Positions 1-10,073 of a stretch of DNA of 64,000 bases are shown in pieces. The stretch's first letter is position 1, and each line of letters begins with the position of its first letter. Source of the stretch: an uncultured Planctomycetaceae bacterium (lineage in GTDB: Bacteria > Planctomycetota > Planctomycetia > Pirellulales > PALSA-1355). The translations under genes and the position numbers were made by a program. The stretch spans positions 1,184,001 to 1,248,000 of the forward strand of contig CAWAUV010000008.1 of assembly GCA_963785305.1 (NCBI GenBank). The letters are read 5' to 3'. The notes under the pieces are model-generated. The model did no database searches and was not told where the DNA came from. It was given only the letters and a program-made list of their open reading frames with translations.

Positions 1-590
1 CCTTTGCGCGGCCGCGCATGCCATCGCTCTTCGGGGTGACGCATGAAAACGAATTCGTGATGAAGAACTATTTTCCGCAAGGCATCAGCGGCGAGGTGCG
101 ATTGTTCACGCCCGATAGCTGGAAAACGTTTCCACGGGTCACGCGATTCAGCCTCGGCGCCGGAGAAGAACTGCGGCAGCCGTTTACCGTGACGCTGCCG
201 TTCGATGTCAGCTCCGGCCGACACGAGGTGCGAGTGGAAGTGCGTTTGGGCGGCGAGCGGCCCTGTCAGTTCTCGATCTATCGCCAACTGGAAGTGGGCC
301 TCGGCGATGTGCAGCTTGAAGTCGCGAGCCACTTGAACGCCAACGGCGAACTGGAAGTGGAGCAAAAATTCACGAACAACACGCGCGAGCCGGTTACGTT
401 CAAATGCATGCTCTTCGCGCCCGAGCGACGCCGACAGGTCGGCCAAGTGATTCGTCTCGGCCAAGGCTCGGAGAGCAAAATCTATCGCTTTCCCAACGGC
501 CAAGAACTCATCGGCAAGACGCTCTTCCTCAGAGCCGAGGAAGTCAACGGCCAACGTATCCTGAATCAGCGGTTTGTCCCCGAAGAATAG
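1..590 (+). CDS. Hypothetical protein, C-terminal part (beta-rich, Ig-like); 5'-partial
   Basis: ORF 18..590 is open back to the window edge with natural amino-acid composition; stop TAG at 588-590. Confidence 0.7.
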   Translation, partial: FARPRMPSLFGVTHENEFVMKNYFPQGISGEVRLFTPDSWKTFPRVTRFSLGAGEELRQPFTVTLPFDVSSGRHEVRVEVRLGGERPCQFSIYRQLEVGLGDVQLEVASHLNANGELEVEQKFTNNTREPVTFKCMLFAPERRRQVGQVIRLGQGSESKIYRFPNGQELIGKTLFLRAEEVNGQRILNQRFVPEE

Positions 591-647
591 ACGCAACGTG
601 GCAATCGTCGCCACGGATGGCCCGCTCCGTTTGGCTTTGGCGCGAGG

Positions 648-3600
648 CTATTGCTCCGACGGATCGGGTTTGGCCGGTGGCTTCGGGGCGGACGGTTTGC
701 GAGCCTCGCCCGGAGCGCGCCGGGGACGTTGCTTTCCACCGGCCTCGGCTTTCTCCCGCCGATCGTCGGGCCCGGGGCCTGCCATCGCGGGATCGGGGCT
801 ATCGCCGGGCCGCATCGGTCCCGGGGGACCAAAGCCGGGCGGCCGACCGGGGCCGAAACCATCGGGACCCATGCCATTGGGCCCACCCGGACCGATACCG
901 CCCGAACCGAAATCGTCGGGTCCAAAACCTTCGGGCCCGAAACCATTTGGGCCGGGGCCGGGGCCGAAATCACCGGGCCCGCCGCCACCGCGACGCATGG
1001 GACCAGGCGGCGGCCCCAGCGGGCCAAAACCGTCTGGCGCCATGCCATCGAAACCACCGGGCGAACCATTGGCCTGACGATCAGGCGGCGCGGGCTTCAA
1101 TCCGCCCGCGCGTTTGACGCGCGAGGTCGTCGACTTCTTCGCGCCCCGTTCCGCGGGGGCCTTGGTCTTGGCCGCGGCCGGCGCAGGCGCCGGCGCCATT
1201 GCATCCGCGGGGGCAGCGGGGCTGTCGCTCGCGGCCGGCGATTCGCTCGGGACGCTTGCCGGCGACGCCGCGTCGTCGGGCCGCTCCGGCGACGCGACGC
1301 CCGCGTTGCTCGACCCACGAGAGGCCAGCGGCGGCGCTTCGCCCTCGGGCCCTGGGCCGGCTTCGCCCGGAAAACGCGGCGGCCAATCGCCCGAGTCATG
1401 CTTTCCGGGGCCGCGATCCTCTGGCCCGTGGTCCTCGGGGCCGCGGTCCCGTGGGCCACGCCCTTCGGGACCATGCTTCTTATCCGGGCCATGATCCGGG
1501 CCACGGCCACCAGGTCCTCGTCCGCCACGTTCATGATCCCCCGGGCCGTGATCTCCTGGGCCGTGGTCACCGCGGCCGCGATGGCCATCGGGGCCGGGCT
1601 TGTCGGAATGCTCGTCGTCACGCGGCCTGGGCGGCGGCTCGCGGTCGTCGGGCGAGCGTCCGTGGCGTGGCGGCGGTCCCGGTCGATCGAATCTTTCGGC
1701 CTCGCGATCCAGCGCCGCGGCGCCGGCCTCGTCGCCCAATTGGGCCAGCATCGTGGCGAAGCGTTCGAGGGCGTGATGCGCGATCCGCTGCTTCTCGGGC
1801 GGTAGCGACTTCGCGCGCTCGATATTTTCGGCCGATGCCTTGATCAGCGAGACCGCTTCGTCGCGATGGTGATTCGAGATCAGCAGGTCGGCAAGCTCTT
1901 GCTCCATGGCGATCAGGCTGGCGAACCGGTCGAATTTCGAGGCCGTCGTCGGTCGATCCTTGACCAGCGGCTCAAGTACCGCGATCCCCTTGCGATAGTG
2001 CGGTAGCGCATCGCCGGGCCGCGCGAGTCGCGCGAGCACTTGGCCGAGCGTCCATTCGCTTCGCGCGAGCAACTCTCGGCATTGCACGCTATCGGGCAAT
2101 TTGGTCGCGAGGTCGGTGGCCCAGTGTTCGGCTTGTTCGGCGAGCTCGAGCGGCGAGGGCGCGGCGTCTTTCTCGGCCGGCAGCATGGCCCAGTCGAGCG
2201 CCACTTCCGCGGCGGCGACCGTGAAGCGAGGCTCCGTGGGATGCGACTCGCGAGCGGCGGCGTAAACTTCCGCCGCGCCGCGATAGTTCTTCACCGCCTC
2301 GCTTGTCTTGCCGAGTCGGCCATAGACATTGGCCAAGTGCGTAAGCGCTTTGGCGGCTTCTTCCTTGAGCTCGAGGCTCGGCGCCTTCTGCTGGGCGAGG
2401 TTATCGTAAAACGCGAGCAATGTGGCGAGCAATTTGGCGTCGAATTGATCGGCTTCCACCGGCGCCGACGCGTCGCTCGCCGCGCTCGACGGCGACGCCG
2501 GGTGGCTTTCGTCCGGCGGCGGCGGATGTCGCTCCGGTTCCGGGCGAGCTTGCGATTGATGCTCGGCCAGGGCGGCGAACGTATCGAGCAGCGCGCTGAA
2601 CGACAGCTTCATATTGGCTTCGGCCTCTTTCTTGGCGGCCAGTGCCTCGGTCCTCGCGTTTTCGGCTTCGATCGCGCGAATCTTTTCGTTGTCGAGCGCA
2701 TGCGACTTCGCGGCATAGCCCCAGCCCAGCGCGGCGATGCCGAAAACCATCGACACCAGCGCCACGGCGCCCAGCGCCTAGCGCCTTGTTGCGCCGCGCC
2801 CAACGATAAAGCTGCTCGACCACGGCGGCCCGCCGCGCTCGAATCGGCCGGTCTTCCAGAAATCGCCGCAAGTCGTCGGCCAGGGCCCGCGCCGAGACAT
2901 AGCGCTCGCGCGGCTCGCGGCGCGTGGCCTTGAGCACGATCGTTTCCAGGTCGCGCGGAATGGCGGGATTGCGGCGCCGCGGGCGCATTGGCTCATGCTG
3001 GCCCACCAACTGGAGCAGCTTCACCGGATTCGTCTCGGCGAAGGGCGGCTCGAGTGTCAGCAGTTCATACAACGTGAGCCCCAGGCTATAGACATCGCTG
3101 CGCACGTCGGAATGGCCATGCAGACTTTCGGGCGCCATATACTGCAAGGTGCCGATCACATCGCCGGTGCTCGTGAGATCGCCTTGTTCGAGCACCTTGG
3201 CCAGCCCGAAGTCGGTGATCCAAGCGGCGCCGGAACCGTCGATCAGCAGGTTGGCCGGCTTGATATCGCGATGCAAGATGCCTTGCGAATGGGCATAGTC
3301 GAGCGCTTCGGCCACTTGCATGCCGACCGCGGCGATTTGGTCCCAATAGCTGGTCAGCCGAATCGGGCCGGCGTGCGAAGGCAGTTGGCCGCGACTGGGG
3401 CGCTCGTCGGGCGAGGCGTTTTTGACGGCCCAGGGAGGCGTCACGGCGATTTCGACTGTTTCAGCCGCCGGATCGCTCGCGTTGAAAGCCCTGGTCGGCT
3501 GGGCGCCGAAGTCGTCGGGCGCGGTGTGGCGATCGGCCCGGCGCGGGTGCGAAAGCTGGGGGCCAGCGCCGTTGGCCTTGGCGTTTTGGGCGTCGTGCTT

Positions 3601-4194
3601 CGTGGACGGCGCTCGTTTGCCGCGTTGCTTTCGCGTCGGTTGATGACGCTTCGAGCCCGGCCGATGGGAAGCCCGCGGCCGTGATTCGCGGAGCGACGAC
3701 ACGACTTCATTCAGCCCTTGGCCGTTGATGAGCTGCATCGCGTAGTAATAGAGGCCGTCGCTCTCGAATAGGCCGAACACCGGCACGATGTTCGAGTGAT
3801 GCAGTCGGGCCGCGGCCTGCGCTTCGACCTTGAATCGCGCGAGCCGCTTCGGGTCGAGCAGCGAATGCTTCGGCAGCACCTTGAGCGCCACCGGCCGGTC
3901 GAGCGATTCTTGCCGCGCTTCGTAAACCACGCCCATTCCGCCGCGGCCCACCTCGCGCACGATTTTATAATCGCCGATCTTCTCCGGCGCCGCCGACTCG
4001 CTCGCCGCCGACTTCTTGTGCCGAAGCTGCTCGAGGAGCGAAATCGGCGGAAGCACATCCTGCAATTGCTCCGCCAACTGCGGAAAACGCCGCGCATAGT
4101 CGGCCACCGATGGAGCGAGACCGCGGCGACATCGCGCCGTGAAATCCTCGATCACCCGGTCGAGCAAATCGCGCTGGGCGTCCACATGTTCCAT
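648..4194 (-). CDS. Hanks-type Ser/Thr protein kinase with TM helix, TPR-like region and long Gly/Pro-rich C-terminal tail (frameshift near 2775)
   Basis: ORF 2401..4194 has GRGGMGVVY, VALKVL, HRDIKPAN, DFGLAK and GTLQYMAPE. It continues in ORF 648..2765 with hydrophobic LVSMVFGIAALGWGY, helical repeats and GP-rich repeats. Confidence 0.9.
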
Positions 4195-4282
4195 GGGTCG
4201 GTCCCTCTATGTTCTTGCCGAAGCTCGCTGTTCTCGACACTCGCCGCGAGCGCCGTGCCCAAGGAAGCCCCGGGCCAAAACT

Positions 4283-4906
4283 CTATCCCATGAGGCCCGG
4301 AATCGCGGCGAGCGCGATCTTCAGTCGCTCGAGGGCGCGAAGATATCGCTTGCTGGCGGCCGACTTTTCGATGCCCAAGACCGTGGCGGTGTCGGCGTTG
4401 CTCAGTTCCTCGAAATGCCTCAGGGCCAGCACCTCGCGATCGATCGGGTCGAGGCTTTCGATCGCCTCTTCCACGCGCCGCAGCCGCTCGGCCCGCTCGA
4501 AGATATCGCTGGGCGAGGTGAAGTCGCCCACCAAATGTCCGGCCAAGCACATGCTGCTGGCGCCGGCGTAGCGATGATTGTCGATCGACACCTCTTGCCC
4601 GACGCTCCGCATTTGAGCGCCCAAATGGTGGCGATGCACATCGACAAGCCGCTGGTTCGCCACGAGCCGCAGCCACACGAAAAACGGCATTTCCGGCTTC
4701 TCGGCGAAGTGCCGCAGGCGACCCACGGCGTCGACATAGGTTTCTTGAAGCACATCGGAGGGCGACACCCGCCCCTGAAGCCGCGGATCGAGTCGAAAGA
4801 CGATCATCCGCCGCAGAGCCGGCTCATGCGTGGCGAAGAGCGCCGCCAGCGCTTGCTGGTCGCCGTGTTTGACCCGATCGAGCAGTTCTTCAGGCTCGGA
4901 GGACAT
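4283..4906 (-). CDS. ECF sigma-70 factor, Ser/Thr-kinase-associated type
   Basis: Region 2 RLDPRLQGRVSPSDVLQE and FFVWLR; region 4 LDPIDREVLALRHFEELSNADTATVLGI. Lies directly upstream of the kinase. Confidence 0.92.
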   Translation of the reverse strand: MSSEPEELLDRVKHGDQQALAALFATHEPALRRMIVFRLDPRLQGRVSPSDVLQETYVDAVGRLRHFAEKPEMPFFVWLRLVANQRLVDVHRHHLGAQMRSVGQEVSIDNHRYAGASSMCLAGHLVGDFTSPSDIFERAERLRRVEEAIESLDPIDREVLALRHFEELSNADTATVLGIEKSAASKRYLRALERLKIALAAIPGLMG

Positions 4907-5215
4907 ACCAAAGTTCTTTCAGGCGCCAAGGGCCCTTTTCCGCGAGCGCGCCTGTTCGGCGCGCCGCGATCCCCATTGGATTAGAAACGGACGACCACGC
5001 GAGTCGAAGACAAAAAAATTTCCGAAGTTCTGGAGAGGGTCGCTGTCCACAAAATGAAACGCTTGCGTTTAACAGCCTATCCGAAAGCGTGGCCGGCCGA
5101 AGTGGAGTCTTTTCGGTTCGGCTACTATATTCTAACAAGCCGCTTGGGCGCCGAACGACGGCGGCGAGTAGGCGGGGCTGCGGTTTTTAATCGCAATTCA
5201 CAGGAAAACACACCG

Positions 5216-5962
5216 ATGAAACAGACCCTGTTGGTCCGAGGCCGCCGCCGCTGGGCCTACGCCGCCGCCGTGGCCGGAACGCTGGGCTTCGCGACACCGC
5301 CGGGAGCGGTCGCCGCCGGGCCGGAATCCGGAGACTCGCCCTCGGCAAGCGACCGGGCCGAATGCGCGGATAAGGACAAGGAATCCGGGGACAATCAAGC
5401 CAAGGACAAGGACCTGGACACCCCGCGCCCGCCGCGGCGTGGCGAAGGTCCGCCGCCGCGAGGTCGTCGCCCGCCGCCGCGCGAAGACGGCCCCCCGCCG
5501 CGCGAGGATGGCCCGCCGCCGCGTGAAGACGGACCGCCGCCGCGCAAAAAGGGGCCGCCGCCGGCCGACATGGAAAATGGCGACGCCCCGCCACCGCGTC
5601 GCGAACAAGGCCGCCGCCCGCCCCGAGAGAGTGGACCTCGCGACGCCGGGTCGCGTGAAGGTGGGCCCCGAGAGGCCGGCTCGCGCGATGGTGGGCCTCG
5701 AGACGCTGGCCCGCGGCGAGCCGGCGCCGGCGATCGTGGCCGGCCCGAATCAGGGCCTCCGCCGCGTGATTTCGGCCCCCCGCCGGACCGTCGCGAGGAA
5801 TTCAAGAAGATCGACACCAATGGCGACGGCAACATTTCGCTCGAAGAGTTCCTCGCCTACCGACCGGGCCCCCCTCCGCGTCGCGACGATGGGCCGGGTC
5901 CTCCGCCCCGCGAGCGATCCGGCCCGCCCGATGGCGAGCGGCCAAGCCCGCCAAACGACTGA
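5216..5962 (+). CDS. Secreted low-complexity Pro/Gly/Arg-rich protein with one EF-hand
   Basis: Signal-peptide-like N-terminus (RRRWAYAAAVAGTLGFA); canonical EF-hand FKKIDTNGDGNISLEEF; REDGPPP repeats. Confidence 0.75.
   Translation: MKQTLLVRGRRRWAYAAAVAGTLGFATPPGAVAAGPESGDSPSASDRAECADKDKESGDNQAKDKDLDTPRPPRRGEGPPPRGRRPPPREDGPPPREDGPPPREDGPPPRKKGPPPADMENGDAPPPRREQGRRPPRESGPRDAGSREGGPREAGSRDGGPRDAGPRRAGAGDRGRPESGPPPRDFGPPPDRREEFKKIDTNGDGNISLEEFLAYRPGPPPRRDDGPGPPPRERSGPPDGERPSPPND
5471..5545 (+). repeat. Imperfect 21-bp coding tandem repeat (REDGPPP x3)
   Basis: ccgccgccgcgcgaagacggc / cccccgccgcgcgaggatggc / ccgccgccgcgtgaagacgga-type units with synonymous variation. Confidence 0.75.
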
Positions 5963-5969
5963 CCGGCCT

Positions 5970-7362
5970 TCATGAGAACGACGCCGCGGCAAACAGGTGG
6001 CCTGTCTTGCCGCGGCATTTCGTTTTTACCTCTCGCCAGAAACCCCCGTTGCCCGGTGGCCGTGCTTCCGGCCTTGCTTCAAGTCGCCGGCGCCCATGCG
6101 CCCGCGCGGGTCGCCTGAGAATGTAGAACCACAGCAAGCCGGCTCCCGCCAGCAGCGCCAAGCTAATCACTTGCGCGATGCTGAGCCGAGTGCCCAGCAC
6201 ATGCGGCTCGGCGCGGGTCCATTCCAAGAGAAATCGCGACACGGGATGGATCGTCATCAGCAGCGCGAGCAGTTCGCCGTCGCGCCGTCGGAAGGGGTCG
6301 TAGCACAGCAAAAAGAAGCAGAGAATCAGGGCGTCGATCGTGCTGTAAAGCTGCGCCGGATGCACCCGCAGGCTCGGCTGGTCGAGCGGACCGGCTTGCC
6401 AAGCAAACACACCCGGCTTGTCGGCCACGCGCGCCGCGATCGGCTCGCCGGCCTGATTGACCCGCGCCAGCGACAAGACGGCTGCCTCGGCCGTCGGTGT
6501 GCGCACCCCGTTGATGCCCACGATCACATCGCCGGCCCGCAAACCTTGCTTCTCGGCCGCCGAGCCGGGCTCCACGGCCGCGAGCCGGGCGGGCTCCTCG
6601 GGCTGGCCGCCAAAACGCAGTCCATCGATCGAGACTTTGCCATCGCGGGCCTCCTCGACGTAGGCCGGCGAACCCCAAGGAAATTGCACCGACCACGGCA
6701 ACTCGCTCTCGGCGCCATAGCAGCAGCCGTTCATGAAACAGCCCAGCCGTCCGATCGCCATTCCCAGCACCACGCCCGGCACGACCAAATCGGCGAGCGC
6801 CAACCCGGGCAAGCGATATTTGCGCACGAAGACGAAGAGCGCCAGCCCGCCGGCGAGAAGCGAACCATAGACGACCAGCCCACCCTGGGCCACGTTGAGC
6901 ACGCTTTTGATGGTTTCGCCAAGTGTCGGCCGCTGGTATTCCGACCAGTTTTCGACGACATAAAATACCCGGGCCCCGCTCACTCCCGACACGAAAAGCC
7001 ACGTGGCCAGCGAGAAGATCATTTCCGGATCTTGGCCGGCTTGCCGGGCGCGTCGCACCGAAAGCGCCACCGCGGAGCCCACGGCCACGAGCAGCATCAC
7101 CCCATAGCCGCGAATCGGCAGGGAGCCGCCTAGCAGCAAATCGAACCACGGCGGCAGAAAGGCGAGCGCGGCGCCGCAGAGCGCAGTACATGACGAGTTG
7201 GGCAAATGTGTCGCGGGTCCAGCCATCGCGCCGACCAAGCCACGCCGCCACGCCCAGGCCGGCAAGCATCCACAGGGCCAGCAGCGCACCGAAGCCGAAC
7301 ACCGGCCAACCGCCGAGCCAAGCCGGCAGCCGCGCGGGAATGTTGAGAAATGTTTGGCACAT
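5970..7362 (-). CDS. lgt: Prolipoprotein diacylglyceryl transferase with inserted PDZ-like domain (frameshifted N-terminus)
   Basis: IRGYGVM, GARVFYV, GGLVVYGSL, GRLGCFMNGCCYG, HPAQLY and RFLLEWTR motifs. Start MCQTF at 7362 is in another frame. Confidence 0.88.
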
Positions 7363-7438
7363 GAGCAAATGCCTCGACGCATAAGGGATTCGTGCGCTCG
7401 GCGCCGCGCAACGCGCGACGAATTCCAGCGGCGCGCCG

Positions 7439-8326
7439 TCAAATGGCGCCGTTCGGATCGTCGGCCCCGAGCGTGGCGTTGTCGATGAGCCGCGTGGCGC
7501 CGACACGCGCGGCGATCGCCATCACCGCCTCGCCTTCGACCGTGTCGACCGGCGCCAAGGTTCGCGGATCGGCCACGGCCACGTAGTCGACTTTCATCCG
7601 TCCTTCGGTCTCGAGCCGCTGGCGCACTCGGCTCGCGAGCAGGTCGGCTCGGCGCTGGCCCGAGCGCACAAGTTCATGGGCCATGACCAGCGAGCGCGAG
7701 ATCGCGAGCGCCCGCTGCCGCTCTTCGGGCGAAAGATAGCGATTTCGCGAGCTCATGGCCAGACCATCGGGCTCGCGCGCCGTGGGCCGCACTCGAACCT
7801 CGATCGGGAGATCGAGGTCGTCGACCATGCGGCGAATCACGAGCGCTTGCTGATAGTCCTTGCGACCGAAGAACGCGACATCGGCCGGGATGAGGTTGAA
7901 CAACTTGAGCACGATCGTGGCCACGCCCTGAAAATGCCCCGGCCGATGGGCGCCTTCCCAGGGCGCCGCGACCGGCCCGACATCGACGCGCGTGGCGGCC
8001 CCGGGTCGATACATCGTCTCGGCCGCCGGAGCAAACACGATCGCGGCGCCGTGTTCGGAGAGCGCGGCGAGATCGGCTTCCCAGGTGCGGGGATAACGCG
8101 AGAAATCCTCATTCGGCCCAAATTGGGTGGGGTTCACGAAGATGGTCGCAATCGTCGCGTCGCACTCGCCGCGCGCGGCGTCGACCAGGCTCATGTGCCC
8201 GGCATGGAGCGCGCCCATCGTGGGCACGAGTCCGACCCGGAGGCCTTGACGGCGCAGCGTTTCCACATGGTCGCGAATCTCGGCGCGATCGGTAATAACT
8301 TGCGGCGGCCCGGAGGAAACGTTCAT
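7439..8326 (-). CDS. panC: Pantoate--beta-alanine ligase
   Basis: VPTMGALHAGH, FVNPTQF, RPGHFQGV, FGRKDYQQ, DGLAMSSRN, RLIDN. Confidence 0.96.
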   Translation of the reverse strand: MNVSSGPPQVITDRAEIRDHVETLRRQGLRVGLVPTMGALHAGHMSLVDAARGECDATIATIFVNPTQFGPNEDFSRYPRTWEADLAALSEHGAAIVFAPAAETMYRPGAATRVDVGPVAAPWEGAHRPGHFQGVATIVLKLFNLIPADVAFFGRKDYQQALVIRRMVDDLDLPIEVRVRPTAREPDGLAMSSRNRYLSPEERQRALAISRSLVMAHELVRSGQRRADLLASRVRQRLETEGRMKVDYVAVADPRTLAPVDTVEGEAVMAIAARVGATRLIDNATLGADDPNGAI

Positions 8327-8336
8327 GCGGTGTGAC

Positions 8337-9519
8337 TTACTCGGCGCCAATCGGCGCGGGGCCGCGGGCGCCGCCGGCATCGGGCGAGCAGCGCGCGTTC
8401 GCGGTGGTGTCGGCGGTCGGAGTGGCCGGCAGCTTCTCCGCGGACGCGTGTTCGGCGGCGCATCGCCACAACTGGCGAATCGCCAGCCACAGACTCGGGC
8501 AGATCGTTTGTCGATAGGGCGAATTCTCGGGCAACTGCCGCATGAGCCGGCGATGCGCCTCGCCCATGTTGTGATAGGGCAGCGAAGGGCAAAGGTGATG
8601 CAGCGCCGTGGTAACGCAGCCCGACCGGGGCCCACAGCGGCGTGGTGAGCGAGAAGCGGGGATAGTTGATCGAATCGAGCAGTTGTTCGACGAACGTCAT
8701 TTCCTCGCCGCCGCTCACATAGCGATGGGCGCCAAGCGTGCGCACATTGTTGAGCATCAGCACACCCACGGCGACGAAATACGATTGCACGACAAACGCA
8801 ACCTTCATCGTCCCCAGGCTCACTTGAATCGCCGCCCCCAAGAGCAGCAAGAAGCAGGCTGTTTCTTGCCAACGGAACACGCGCAGCGTCTTGGGCGGCG
8901 GCAGCGGGCGAATGTACGAAGGATCCATCACCAGCGAACTGGCTCGCTGGTGCGCCCAGCGCCGCAGTCGCGGCGAAAACCAGCACGGCGGCGTCAGCAC
9001 CAGAAACCGCAACACGACCAAGATCGGTATCACGAACGGCTGCAACAAATACAGCAGCATCTGAATCGGCCGTTGCGAGGCCAGGGGAATATATTCCCCG
9101 TCGTGTTGCGTGCCGAAATGGGAACGCATGTGGTGGTCGACATGCGTGTAATAGGTAAACGTGGGCACCAGAAACGGAATACCGCACAACAGATTCCACA
9201 CAAAGCGAAACGCCTTGAAGGTTCCGGCCCGCATATGCACCAACTCATGCACGAACAACACCGCCCGATAAAACAGCACGCATGTGGCGGCATAGAGCGC
9301 GACCCCGACCAGCGCTTTGGCCGCGAGGCCCGCGTTCCAACGCGGCACGCCGAGGCGAAGCAAAAGAAAGCAGGCCGAGCCGGCGAAGAGCGAAGCGAGA
9401 AAATCGGTCCAATAGATCCAGGCCCGCGGCGCGAGCAGGTCTTTCACGATTCCGCGCACCTCGGCAAGCGAAAAATCAGCGGGCGCGGCGTTTGCTTGCC
9501 CGATGTTTGATTGTTCCAT
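8337..9519 (-). CDS. Membrane fatty-acid desaturase family protein (frameshift near 8605)
   Basis: His boxes HELVH and HVDHH; third box YH..HH lies across the frameshift; several TM segments; C-terminus in ORF 8337..8567. Confidence 0.85.
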
Positions 9520-9893
9520 GGCTCGACCCGCGTCAAAAAAAGAAATCGGTGTCCGTGTTTTTCGGATTTCCGCCAAATACATTAACCAACCCTTGCGTCG
9601 GTCATCCAACGTCTATCATCGTAGTATTGGCTGGCAAAGGGTCAATTTTGACTCCGGCCGCCAGAAGACTCTGGTCCGTCGGCCGGCCGCCTTGATGAGG
9701 GCGATGCGCTTCCGGCGGAGTTGCTTCTGGCGTTTTGCAAACCGGGCGACTTCGCCGCGAGCCAAAATTGCCCCGATTCCCCGGGAGGTCTCGAAGCGCC
9801 GGCGATTGGCAAGCGTTTATTTTATCGGCAGCAATCGAGCGCGGCGGTAATAAGGACACGTGGCATAGTCGAACTTAAGCCCCCTAGCCTTCC

Positions 9894-9921
9894 TTGTCCA
9901 CCCATGCCGCGCAGGTAGAAT
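9894..9921 (+). promoter_or_regulatory. Putative sigma70 promoter for the FabF-like gene
   Basis: TTGTCC-N16-TAGAAT about 150 bp upstream of ATG 10074. Confidence 0.4.
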
Positions 9922-10073
9922 AGCCGGCTTTTAGTTGACGCGCGGGCTCGTCGCTGGCGAAGAACTTGGTCAATGGGCCGAGAGGGCCGCATCGAGGAAC
10001 CGCGCTCGAACGCTGAAATGAACGACTTTCCAAGCGGGCGCCGAGCGGTCCGAGCCACTTTTTACTTTTTTCC

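Noticed and set aside
404..1843. Many long overlapping ORFs antisense to or in alternate frames of the kinase tail
   Set aside because: Shadow ORFs expected in ~70% GC repetitive DNA; R/A/G/P-biased with no motifs.
5460..5720. Regularly spaced repeats considered as a CRISPR array
   Set aside because: Codon-phased tandem units with synonymous variation, no unique spacers and no cas genes.
7439..9199. 586-aa PanC with long N-terminal extension
   Set aside because: The extension is an alternate frame of the desaturase; PanC homology starts at 8326.
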